Positions 30,895 through 40,158 of a stretch of DNA of 64,000 nt are shown here, in pieces; the first letter of the stretch is position 1, and every line of letters begins with the position of its first letter. The stretch is from an uncultured bacterium (GTDB lineage Bacteria; Babelota; Babeliae; Babelales; Babelaceae): NCBI GenBank assembly GCA_963848965.1, contig CAWKFG010000004.1, forward strand, positions 384,001 to 448,000, read 5' to 3'. The notes below the pieces were generated by a model, which was not told the DNA's origin, made no database searches, and saw only the letters and a program-made list of their open reading frames with translations. The translations under genes were made by a program, and so were the position numbers.

Positions 30895-32049
30895 ATGATA
30901 TTAAAATATCTTCTCTTACTTATTGGAGTTACTTTTGCAATAATGCTTTGGTATATATCACCAATTTTTAAGCCATTTCCACAACCAACTGGCGACTATG
31001 CAATCGGTACTTTAACCATGGAATTAAAAGATCCAATTCGCAAAGAACTGTATTCGTCAAATCCTGATGATATTCGTAATCTCATGGTCAGATTCTGGTA
31101 TCCTGCACAGCCTTCATCTAAAAAATATCTCTATTTAGCAGATGAACTTCCTTATTTTGTACCACAAGTAGCACAGCATTATCATATCCCGCAATGGATA
31201 GCTAAACAAATGCTGAGCTCTATTTCTACTCATACCTTTACCGATGCACCACTTGCTTTAAAGCAAGATAAATACCCTCTTGTACTTTTCTCCCATGGGC
31301 TGTTAGATAATACACCAAGCATTATGTCTCTTGTAATCTTTGAAAATCTTGCAAGCAATGGGTATATTGTTGTTAGCATTGATCATCCTTACTTAAGCGG
31401 TCTTAGTGTATACCCTAATCACAAAGTTATAAGTCCTGAAGCACTAGTTGTACAATTTCAAAAAATGTCGCCGCAAGAGCAAAAAGAATTTCAAAGCCAA
31501 GCAATAGAAATATATAAAGCAGATATGAAATTTGTCATAGATCAGTTAGCACATTTGAACGGAGATCCTAAAAGCATTTTCTATAAGCGCCTTGATCTTG
31601 ATCGTATTGGCGTTATGGGCCATTCAGCCGGAGGCACTGCAGCAATCGAGTTTTGTAGAATAGATAACCGATGTAAAGCTGCAGCTAATTTAGATGGTTG
31701 GTATGATCATGTAATTGGACATGAACCCTTAAAGCAACCATTATTGCTTATGTTTGGATCAAAGAGTATTGAAGTAGCAGAGCCAACACTTGACTATCTT
31801 AAACGTAAAGAATTAACTCGAGAGCAGTATTATGAGCGAGAGCGAAAGATTACTGAACATAAAGAAGAACTTTGTAAAGAGTCACAATGTTCTACAATAA
31901 TAATTCCTGGAGCCTCACATGAAGACTTTAGTGATTTAGTACTATTAAAATGGCCATTGCGTTCATGGAATGAACCTAATGGATACACTATAATGGCATC
32001 AATTAATAAGTCTATCTTAAAATTCTTTGATTCCTACTTGAAAAAATAA
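30895..32049 (+). CDS. Alpha/beta hydrolase, PAF-acetylhydrolase-like
   Basis: PTG.YAIG, FSHG, LASNGYIV.SIDH, GHSAGG nucleophile, NLDG. Confidence 0.87.
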   Translation: MILKYLLLLIGVTFAIMLWYISPIFKPFPQPTGDYAIGTLTMELKDPIRKELYSSNPDDIRNLMVRFWYPAQPSSKKYLYLADELPYFVPQVAQHYHIPQWIAKQMLSSISTHTFTDAPLALKQDKYPLVLFSHGLLDNTPSIMSLVIFENLASNGYIVVSIDHPYLSGLSVYPNHKVISPEALVVQFQKMSPQEQKEFQSQAIEIYKADMKFVIDQLAHLNGDPKSIFYKRLDLDRIGVMGHSAGGTAAIEFCRIDNRCKAAANLDGWYDHVIGHEPLKQPLLLMFGSKSIEVAEPTLDYLKRKELTREQYYERERKITEHKEELCKESQCSTIIIPGASHEDFSDLVLLKWPLRSWNEPNGYTIMASINKSILKFFDSYLKK

Positions 32050-32239
32050 TTAACACACCTTTGTACTAGAGTAACAGATTGCAAAGCTTTTGTTCCATTA
32101 TTTTAATGAAATAGAGCAAGTCTTATTTAAGCAACTTGCTCTATTTCTAGTAAAACTATAATAGATATAATCTCTTGTATATAATAAGTTTTAATTATAT
32201 AATAAAATAAATTATAATTAAAACTAAAAAGGAATTTCT

Positions 32240-33010
32240 ATGTTTAAAAAATACTTAAAAATAGTTTTTTTTACCCATGTTACTTCCCTCTGTGCTTCTG
32301 AACCTGCTGAATTTCCTGAATCTCAGCAATACTATAAAGGAAGTTACCTTGGTATTCTACCGGCAGATATCTTTAAATCAATTCAGCCATATAGAATTAA
32401 GGCACAAATAGAACACGTTTTAGCACCTGCAGATATAACGCTTGATAACGCTCTCAAGAACTTGAGCGAATTGGAGCGACAACCAGAAAATGATCAGTTT
32501 TTTGGGAATTCTTCTTTCATTGAAGATCTCCTCATTACCTTATATAAAAGGTTTAAAGAATCTCCTTTTGCTATTGCTAAAAAGCCCACAGCATCAGATG
32601 CTTTTTTGGACTGGTCAAAGGTAGTGTGGCCCAAGTATTTAGCGCTTACTATGGCAATAAAAGAGAGAAAGCTAAAGGAAGTACAAAAGTTAATAAATGA
32701 AGGACTTAAAATTGATATGCCTGATACTATTGGTTCCACTCCTCTTCATCTAGGAGCCAGCCTTGGTCTTCTGAATATAGTTCAATATTTACTTGAAAAA
32801 GGAGCTGATATTAGGGCGCGAGATTTACAAGGTCGCACTCCTCTTATAGCTGCAGCTGCAAACGGTAACATTAATGTAATTAAATACCTTCTTGAAAAAG
32901 GAGCTGATAGTAATGAACAAGATCTCAAAGGTAATACTCCTCTTAACTATGCAATATTGAGAAATAACCATGATGCAATAAACCTATTACGTGCTCATAC
33001 TAGGAAGTGA
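32240..33010 (+). CDS. Secreted ankyrin repeat protein with F-box-like motif
   Basis: YLGILPADIF; GSTPLH, GRTPL, GNTPL. Confidence 0.88.
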   Translation: MFKKYLKIVFFTHVTSLCASEPAEFPESQQYYKGSYLGILPADIFKSIQPYRIKAQIEHVLAPADITLDNALKNLSELERQPENDQFFGNSSFIEDLLITLYKRFKESPFAIAKKPTASDAFLDWSKVVWPKYLALTMAIKERKLKEVQKLINEGLKIDMPDTIGSTPLHLGASLGLLNIVQYLLEKGADIRARDLQGRTPLIAAAANGNINVIKYLLEKGADSNEQDLKGNTPLNYAILRNNHDAINLLRAHTRK

Positions 33011-33231
33011 AATATTCTACGAAGATGTAAGCCTAGCTGTTAACGCTTGGATTATACGTTTGCGATCACTCAGGCACCCAAAACGAGCCACTGTACGATG
33101 AAACTCTTCCATAATACCTTTACTACTGATTAATTCAAATCCAGGTTTGACAACAAATTCTTACACTTCCAAAATCATAACACTCTAGAATTTGTTAGTA
33201 TTTCACGTAAAAAATTTTCTAGCCTATTTTA

Positions 33232-33366
33232 CTATTTTTTAGGTTGAGGCGGTGGAGGAGGTGGGATAAAAACACATTTGTACAATTCAATACCAATACC
33301 AAAAAAGCCAAAGGTTATCGTTGAAGCACAACCTATCTCGCATATGTTTTTAATTTTTAATGCCAT
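33232..33366 (-). CDS. Small 44-aa protein with polyproline tail (below the ORF-track cutoff)
   Basis: MALKIKNICEIGCASTITFGFFGIGIELYKCVFIPPPPPPQPKK; AAAGGAAG RBS; 30 nt after the MutS-like gene. Confidence 0.5.
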   Translation of the reverse strand: MALKIKNICEIGCASTITFGFFGIGIELYKCVFIPPPPPPQPKK

Positions 33367-33396
33367 AAACTTCCTTTATCATAAACACTTACTAGT

Positions 33397-36207
33397 TCAC
33401 GGATGGTAACGTTCTAAAATATCTTTTATAGCCCTCACAAGATCTGGATTACGCCTTAATTCTTCAGGTAATTCTTGAGCTTGCATAAGCTCTTTCAACT
33501 GACCAAAAGCGTAATTAAATTTTAGAAGTTGTAAAACATTTTCTGCTTTACTAAGTAGCTCTCGATCAAAACCACGCTCTGCTAGTACTTTAAATGCAAC
33601 CGATTGTCCAGATATGCCAGGTTCAAGTCTATAGGGATAGGTAAGTCTGTCTTGTCTATCGTCAACTGCTACTCTATAATTACTAAACAAAGGAGCTGGC
33701 CCACTAGTAACCAGATGAGGCAACTGTTGAAAGTGCGTTATAAGCAAAGAAATATTATGCTTCATAGTAGTAAGCCTTTGCATAAAAGCACATGCTAATG
33801 CTTCCCCTGCCTTAGCTTCTGTACCATCAAATAACTCATCAAACAGCGCAAGAGAGTATTCACCTTGAGGAACGGCAGAGATATCCTTTTGAATATCAAC
33901 AGCACGCTGCGCTATAGCCTGAAAAAGTGATTGCCTTCTTGTAATATCATCCGCTATATTTAAATAGCTACGAATCTTAGAAAATGGCGTAAATTCCATC
34001 CTTTGAGCCGGACAAATACCTAGTGTTTGAGCCATAATAACTGCAAATACAATACTTTTCATAACAGTTGATTTACCACCTCCATTTGGCCCAGTAATTA
34101 CTACATTTTGTGGTAAATTTTGTGGTAAATGTCTTCCAATGGCCAGAGAATTGACAATAGCATTATCGCCCACCAGAGGATTCCAAAAATCTTTAATTGC
34201 CAGATAAGGCGATGATGATTGATTATAAGTAGGTAAGCAAAATTTTAGATTACGTGCTTGATACTTTTTATAAAGGCGAGCTATAGACATATACATATCA
34301 AGTTCACCAACAGCACCAAGTGATTGAACCAACTTATCTTTACAGTCATTCATAATACGGTATGTAGCAACTATACGACCAGTATAAGAACGAACGCTAG
34401 GATCCCCTTGAAAAGTATCTGTATCTAGATTGTTTAATAGACTATCTAGATCAGATAGTGTACTTACTTTTGCCCACATTTGACTAACTATATTAGTTGC
34501 ACCATGTAATCGTGCAGCATGAGCATCCTGTTGTAATTTCCCTATATTTAATGCTTCTAAAAATGGTAACTTATTCTCAAGCTCTAGAGCATCCGTTTTA
34601 ACAAGAGTATAAAGCTCTTTCATTTTAGCAATATACTGAACTACAAGCATAAGCTTTTTTTGTAAAGCAAGGCGCAGCGTAATCATATCTTTCATAGTAT
34701 CTGCATTATTCACCATTGATAAAAATTGGAATCCATAACATGCTAGATATCCAGCTGTAGAGCCACCGAGTGCTATAAGAGGTATACCTGCATAAGGAGC
34801 AGCTTCGCCTACCGCTGCTCCACCCAATCCAAACATATCTTTTATAAAATCTAGAATCTTATTTTTAGTTAGATTGAGATACGATTGAAAGTTTTGCAAT
34901 TCTATAACTATTTTATCTTTCAATTGTCCTGCTTTTGAAACAAGTATCACCAAGAGAACCAGTGGCCCTTCTCTGAGTATTTCAACTGATAACGACCTTT
35001 CACTTAACCATTTAGAAAAATTTTGCCATCGAGGAATATCTATTTCAGTACTTTTTAGCCATGAATTAAATTCGTCAGCACCCCAAAATGAGAGCATACA
35101 ATTTTCTCTTTCAAGATCACCAAGCTCTTTAAGACATCTGTCTATTTGGTTAAAATTGCGATGATTAATAAGAGTTGTAAGTACTTCCTGCTGCTGTTTT
35201 AAAAAGGTACTATTATGAGTTGGATATACTATCCTTTTATACAGAAGAGCTTTGCCCAATTCGGTTACTGTTTGATCAATACACGAAGCAAAAAAAGAAG
35301 GAAGATTTGATCGAGATCCTGCTATTATTTCAAGATCTTGCCATGAGCGCTCATCTAAAGCATCATTGAAGCCAAGCATATACTTTTGTTTTTCATAAGC
35401 TCTTGCCAACGTAAATGCAATACGCCGTTTCTTACTCGGCATCATCATAAGCTGACTCTGCAAAATACGTTCTACTAACGAAATTCCTTGAACTTTTACG
35501 CTTAGCATATGCAGTTTATCTGCTTCAAGCAACGTCTTAAGATTCTCTTTTTCTACTGCACTATATAACGTATCTGTTGACTTAGCATGTTCCAATAGCT
35601 GAAGAGCCTTTTCACAGGTATATGTTTCTACACCCTGAAAAAGTGGTAATTTAAAAAAACGGAGCGCTTTTATTACTTCTGCTTTCTTATCCTCTGTATC
35701 TACAGAATATTTTGTAAGTAGTTCGTCAAGACCTACATACGTTTTTGTTACATCTAGGTCTAATGCTTTAACAGCTTCGTAATTTGTAAAAAGTTCTGTT
35801 ATAACCTCAAGAGTAAGAAGAGAAAACGGGGTATATATGATACACTCTTCTTCATTTAAAAATTCAAGCCATATTTCTTGCTCTCCTTTCTTATTATGAG
35901 CTAATTCCACAAAAAAGGATGGTTCAAAACAACTTTTTAATAGCGGAATACTAGCACCCTGCGCTTCTTTTGACTTGATAAAAACAGTAGTAATTTTATC
36001 AAGTAAAGTATACCAGCCCATTCCCTGAAAAAGGACGTTTTTAGCTTGATATGCCACCATATCCGCAAGTGAAGAGCGAGGTCTTTTATCGCCACGATCG
36101 CTCTCACTTTGCTCTTCAAGTTCATGTTTAAGAGCCATTATCTCTAAAGACTGAGTAATTAAAAGAAAAAGTAATACAAGGATTCTTATCATGGCCATAA
36201 CTTTCAC
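33397..36207 (-). CDS. MutS-related protein (C-terminal MutS ATPase domain, unrecognised N-terminus with signal peptide)
   Basis: VITGPNGGGKST, QSLF, LFDELFDGT, LITHF, YRLEPG; no canonical MutS1 N-terminus. Confidence 0.85.
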   Translation of the reverse strand: MKVMAMIRILVLLFLLITQSLEIMALKHELEEQSESDRGDKRPRSSLADMVAYQAKNVLFQGMGWYTLLDKITTVFIKSKEAQGASIPLLKSCFEPSFFVELAHNKKGEQEIWLEFLNEEECIIYTPFSLLTLEVITELFTNYEAVKALDLDVTKTYVGLDELLTKYSVDTEDKKAEVIKALRFFKLPLFQGVETYTCEKALQLLEHAKSTDTLYSAVEKENLKTLLEADKLHMLSVKVQGISLVERILQSQLMMMPSKKRRIAFTLARAYEKQKYMLGFNDALDERSWQDLEIIAGSRSNLPSFFASCIDQTVTELGKALLYKRIVYPTHNSTFLKQQQEVLTTLINHRNFNQIDRCLKELGDLERENCMLSFWGADEFNSWLKSTEIDIPRWQNFSKWLSERSLSVEILREGPLVLLVILVSKAGQLKDKIVIELQNFQSYLNLTKNKILDFIKDMFGLGGAAVGEAAPYAGIPLIALGGSTAGYLACYGFQFLSMVNNADTMKDMITLRLALQKKLMLVVQYIAKMKELYTLVKTDALELENKLPFLEALNIGKLQQDAHAARLHGATNIVSQMWAKVSTLSDLDSLLNNLDTDTFQGDPSVRSYTGRIVATYRIMNDCKDKLVQSLGAVGELDMYMSIARLYKKYQARNLKFCLPTYNQSSSPYLAIKDFWNPLVGDNAIVNSLAIGRHLPQNLPQNVVITGPNGGGKSTVMKSIVFAVIMAQTLGICPAQRMEFTPFSKIRSYLNIADDITRRQSLFQAIAQRAVDIQKDISAVPQGEYSLALFDELFDGTEAKAGEALACAFMQRLTTMKHNISLLITHFQQLPHLVTSGPAPLFSNYRVAVDDRQDRLTYPYRLEPGISGQSVAFKVLAERGFDRELLSKAENVLQLLKFNYAFGQLKELMQAQELPEELRRNPDLVRAIKDILERYHP

Positions 36208-36236
36208 AAAATGTTATTAGAGATAACAACTCTACT

Positions 36237-37101
36237 TCACACGTGTTTCATAACTGAATTTCCCTTTAAGTAAATAACTTTAAGACTCTTATACGTAGCA
36301 AATATAGCTCTACAAGCTTTATGCCCCTCTTCTTCGAGTTTATGGTTTCTGAGATCTATAACTGCTATTTTGTCCTTACATCCAAGCTGTATAAGCAAAT
36401 CGTCCATTCCATCAAGAGAGGTTAATTCCCAATCAGTTAATAAAACAACTATGTCATCAGATTGACAGTAATTCTCAATTTGAAGCAGTTTTCCTACCAT
36501 CTTACCCGCAGTAAGTAGTTACTGGTATCTTCTTTTCTGCTTCTAATAGATCGCGTACCGATAGTGATAAAGAGGTCCCTTGAGGAATAGCTAACTGAGC
36601 ATCGTACTTTAAAAAATACCACTTAGCTATCTCTAACTTTATAGCTCTATCTCTTTCTGGATCTGTGTGAAATTGATAATTATTCAGATAAATCATGCAG
36701 TTCGATGCTTTTTCAACATAGTAACGTATAGCTTCTGTAATAATCTTCTGCGGTAAAGAAAGGATTACGAGCGTCTTTAAAAACTCTGGCATATCTTCAA
36801 AACGTATATCGAGTGTAACAAATTTTGTCATACCAAACTGAGCATTAACTTTAGACTCCATTCGTACAAAATTACAAAACTTAATAAGCATGAAAACAAA
36901 CTCAGGAGAAAGAGTCCTAAACCATTGGCGAACAGGCTCATTCTGTAATTGTTGTGCTATCTCCTGTGTTAACCAGGCTTGTGTAATAGGTATAGTCTTA
37001 TCGCCTTTAACACTTATAATAATTGAATGAGAGAGATCCATACTTAAAGCAGATACTATTTGTAAAATCAGAAAGAGAAAAAGCAATAAACGGTAAAGCA
37101 T
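36237..37101 (-). pseudogene. Probably one frameshifted secreted protein (possible BTB/Skp1-like N-terminus, LRR-like C-terminus) split into ORFs 36502-37101 and 36237-36500
   Basis: ORFs are 1 nt apart; removing one copy of a 4-nt tandem (AGTA AGTA, 36510-36517) fuses them in frame; LRR-like LTSLDG, IDLRNHKL, IYLKGN. Confidence 0.5.
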
Positions 37102-37308
37102 GCATTCCTCATAAAAAGTTTTAGCCTGATGTGAAGAAAAATTTGAAAAAATAAAATGGTTATTTTATAGTCTAGATACCGGCCTTACAGATGTCAATGT
37201 GCTTGGTTTCTTTGCTCTCTGTTTATTACAGTACCTACAACCAAAATATTTTTGAGCAAGAAAAGCATAAGAACTACAGTATTTAATCCCATTTACAGGA
37301 GTTTTACA

Positions 37309-37461
37309 ATGAAAAAGATCTTTGTTTACAAAAAGCAAACGAAAAGTAAACCTAAAGGTGCAAAACTCCTCATTGAGCTTGGCACATCCTCTCTTCTTAC
37401 CCGCGGATTTCCAGGCACTGATGTTGAAGGCTATAGACCCTTTCCTGATTTTGATGCTTAA
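37309..37461 (+). CDS. Lasso peptide precursor-like small protein (50 aa)
   Basis: AGGAG RBS; leader ends LLIELGTSSLLTR, core GFPGTDVEGYRPFPDFDA with Gly1 and Glu8; hairpin downstream. Confidence 0.65.
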   Translation: MKKIFVYKKQTKSKPKGAKLLIELGTSSLLTRGFPGTDVEGYRPFPDFDA

Positions 37462-37469
37462 AGTAATAC

Positions 37470-37495
37470 AGAGGAATAGTATATGCTATTCCTCT
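37470..37495. terminator. Hairpin between the convergent peptide gene and the TolC-family gene
   Basis: AGAGGAATAG-TATATG-CTATTCCTCT. Confidence 0.55.
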
Positions 37496-37522
37496 TAAGC
37501 AAAACAGACATTAGAATCTTTC

Positions 37523-38872
37523 TCATTGGCCTTCCCTTCTTAATAAAGATATAAGACTCGCACCTACCGCTCGCTCTAATGCAACGAAAGAGCGTAATGT
37601 AGCCGAATATGTTTGAATAAACTTTTTTATGTTTTCATAAAAAGCTGTTCGTGTTTGAATAAGAAGCACGGTAGTTATTTGCATAAGTGGCTCGAATGTA
37701 TTCACGTATTCTAGACCTTGCTGTGCTGCATGCAAAATCGTTTTTTTATAAATAGTAAGCTGCTTTTCCAGTGCTCTAAAATGTACCAGTGCTTGCCGTA
37801 CTTCTGCGATGACTGTGCTTTCTAGTGCCTGAACTGTTTTAACTGCTTGCTCAAGCTCATAACGAGCACGAGCAATCTGTGCTTGATTTTGATCGAATAA
37901 AGGAAGTGTTATACTTATTTCTGGACCTATACCAGAAGCACCATCAAACTCACGTTCAAAAGAGATACCCGCCTTTATATCTTTAAATACACGAGCTTTT
38001 TCCAGCTGAATCTTGTGTTCTGCTTGTTGTACTCTCATGCGTGCTATATGCACTTCTGGCCTATTGTGCAATGCTATATGCTCTAGGTACTTTTGGTCAA
38101 TCTCTTGAAAGCTAATTTCTTGAAGCTGTATCGATAATAATAAAGGTTCATAAGAAGGTTCAAGGCCAATTGTTCTACGAAATGTAATATAAGCACCTTT
38201 AAGTTCTGCTCTGTTTCTCTCTAAAGCAACTGCAGAAAGCCCAACTTGTACTTGTAGCAAACTTCTATCAAGATCAGTTGCCAAGCCAAATTGCTGCCGG
38301 TAATCAAGCTCTTTTTTTAATGCTCGTGATTCTTTTAAGAGCTTTTGTGCACTTTTAACCTGCGCTTGATACAGTAAAATAGCATAATACTGTTCATGAG
38401 CAAGAATCATTGTCTCAAGAACTTTTTTGAGTACTTCTAATGAGGCAATTTCCATCTGATCAGCAACTACCCTTTTCTGCAGAGGAACTCTCCACAAATC
38501 AGAGATAGAAAACAAGACACTCGTTTCATTTCTTACATCGTTCCCTTTCAGAGGAAAATTAAACAACGTACTTAAAGAAGGATTAGTAAAGAATCCAGCT
38601 TGTATAAGGTCAGCTTTAGCTATACCTAACGATGAAAATGAGACCTGTAAATCTGGATTATACATAAGCGCTAACCGTGTAGCTTCTTGAATCGAAAGAG
38701 GACTACTAGTATCTGCTCTTTCAAGAGCCTCTTGGCATGTATCTGCCGGTCTTACACTACAACCTGTTAATTTCTGAGTACAAACATTAAGAGCAGCGAG
38801 TTCCCTACTTATTGAACTATTACGACAACAAGGAATACATAATAAGCTTAAGAGCAATAAACAATAGAACAT
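37523..38872 (-). CDS. TolC family outer membrane protein (copper-resistance type)
   Basis: ALMYNPDLQ, ADLIQAG..NP, RPEV, ITLPLFDQNQAQIARA, LERAVG. Confidence 0.88.
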   Translation of the reverse strand: MFYCLLLLSLLCIPCCRNSSISRELAALNVCTQKLTGCSVRPADTCQEALERADTSSPLSIQEATRLALMYNPDLQVSFSSLGIAKADLIQAGFFTNPSLSTLFNFPLKGNDVRNETSVLFSISDLWRVPLQKRVVADQMEIASLEVLKKVLETMILAHEQYYAILLYQAQVKSAQKLLKESRALKKELDYRQQFGLATDLDRSLLQVQVGLSAVALERNRAELKGAYITFRRTIGLEPSYEPLLLSIQLQEISFQEIDQKYLEHIALHNRPEVHIARMRVQQAEHKIQLEKARVFKDIKAGISFEREFDGASGIGPEISITLPLFDQNQAQIARARYELEQAVKTVQALESTVIAEVRQALVHFRALEKQLTIYKKTILHAAQQGLEYVNTFEPLMQITTVLLIQTRTAFYENIKKFIQTYSATLRSFVALERAVGASLISLLRREGQ

Positions 38873-38873
38873 G

Positions 38874-40124
38874 TTACTTCTTATGTGATTTTATCTGATG
38901 ATTGTGCTTGTGGTCACGTTTCTTAAAACCATACGCATTTGTATCTCTTTCTACCGAACCTTTTATTCCTGGATATGACCATGGTTTTGATACATCGCGA
39001 GGGATAACATTAAACAGACTAAACATTCCTCCATGTCCCATAAGTCCCATAGGAACTTCGGCATGTGCATTCATAACATGATGCATTTTGTGGCAATGAA
39101 ATGGCCACTGTCCTGGATTCCATGCTACAAACTCTACTGCCCTTGAAGTACCAGGAGGAACATTAACGGTTGAACCTTTCCAGCGAGCAGAAGGCTTCAA
39201 AGGTCCGCCTTCTGTACCCACAACAAGCCAATCGTGCCCATGCATATGTATAGGATGACTATCCATAGAAACATTAGCTAGATGTATACGAACTCTCTCT
39301 CCCTGCTTTACGTTAATCATAGGAATACTGGGAGCAGCATGCCCATTAAACGTAAACCAGTTAAACTCTGTAATTGGAGCTACAATATTTGGATATTCAT
39401 TGCCGGGAGCAATTGCCCATTCTTCAAGCATAATTGCTATATGGCGATCAACTGATTTATCATATCCTTTTTTAGGATGAATAATAAACATGCCTGCAAG
39501 TCCTGAGAGTTCTTGACGAGAAATATTAAAACCTGAATGATAAAAATAAGTACCAGATTGGTAAAGCGTAAATTCATAGATGTGTGTTTGACCAGGTTTT
39601 ACTGGTATGCTTGATCCATCTTGAGCAAAGGGAACTGTTAAACCATGCCAATGAATTGTTGTAGGCTCTGGAAGCTCATTCTTAAAAATAATACGTATAC
39701 GGTCTCCTTCAGTTGCCTCTATAGTAGGCCCTGGAGTTGAACCGTTATATCCCCATGCTTTTATCCGTTGATAAATAGGCATCATTGGCAAAAGGCCCAT
39801 AAAATTCTGCACCTGTGCTATCAACGCGCTATCGCTATGCCGACTATCAGTAATCACTTGCTCAATAGGCTGTGCTATAAGACAAAATACTTTAACTTTT
39901 CCGTTCATCTCATAACCAAGAGGAGGAATTCCTGGTGTTTCTACTTTTCCCATTTGCTTGCCAGTCAAAGACGGCAATGGAGAAATAGGAATATGTGGAT
40001 TTGACCATGCATACCTTGGACGATGCATAGCTATACTATGCGCTGCTCTACGACGGTGTTTAACTGCTTGTTCTTGAGCTTCTAAACAGGATGTAAGAAA
40101 AAGAGATACCATGATTAGCTTCAT
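38874..40124 (-). CDS. Multicopper oxidase
   Basis: IHWHG, YFYHS, HPIHMHGH, FHCHKMHH copper motifs. Confidence 0.92.
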   Translation of the reverse strand: MKLIMVSLFLTSCLEAQEQAVKHRRRAAHSIAMHRPRYAWSNPHIPISPLPSLTGKQMGKVETPGIPPLGYEMNGKVKVFCLIAQPIEQVITDSRHSDSALIAQVQNFMGLLPMMPIYQRIKAWGYNGSTPGPTIEATEGDRIRIIFKNELPEPTTIHWHGLTVPFAQDGSSIPVKPGQTHIYEFTLYQSGTYFYHSGFNISRQELSGLAGMFIIHPKKGYDKSVDRHIAIMLEEWAIAPGNEYPNIVAPITEFNWFTFNGHAAPSIPMINVKQGERVRIHLANVSMDSHPIHMHGHDWLVVGTEGGPLKPSARWKGSTVNVPPGTSRAVEFVAWNPGQWPFHCHKMHHVMNAHAEVPMGLMGHGGMFSLFNVIPRDVSKPWSYPGIKGSVERDTNAYGFKKRDHKHNHQIKSHKK

Positions 40125-40158
40125 TGTAAAATTCCAATAAGCGCGGAAACCGGGCCTT

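Noticed and set aside
37523..40124. TolC and oxidase as lasso peptide maturation or export genes
   Set aside because: They are convergent to the peptide gene and match a copper-resistance pair, not lasso B/C/D proteins
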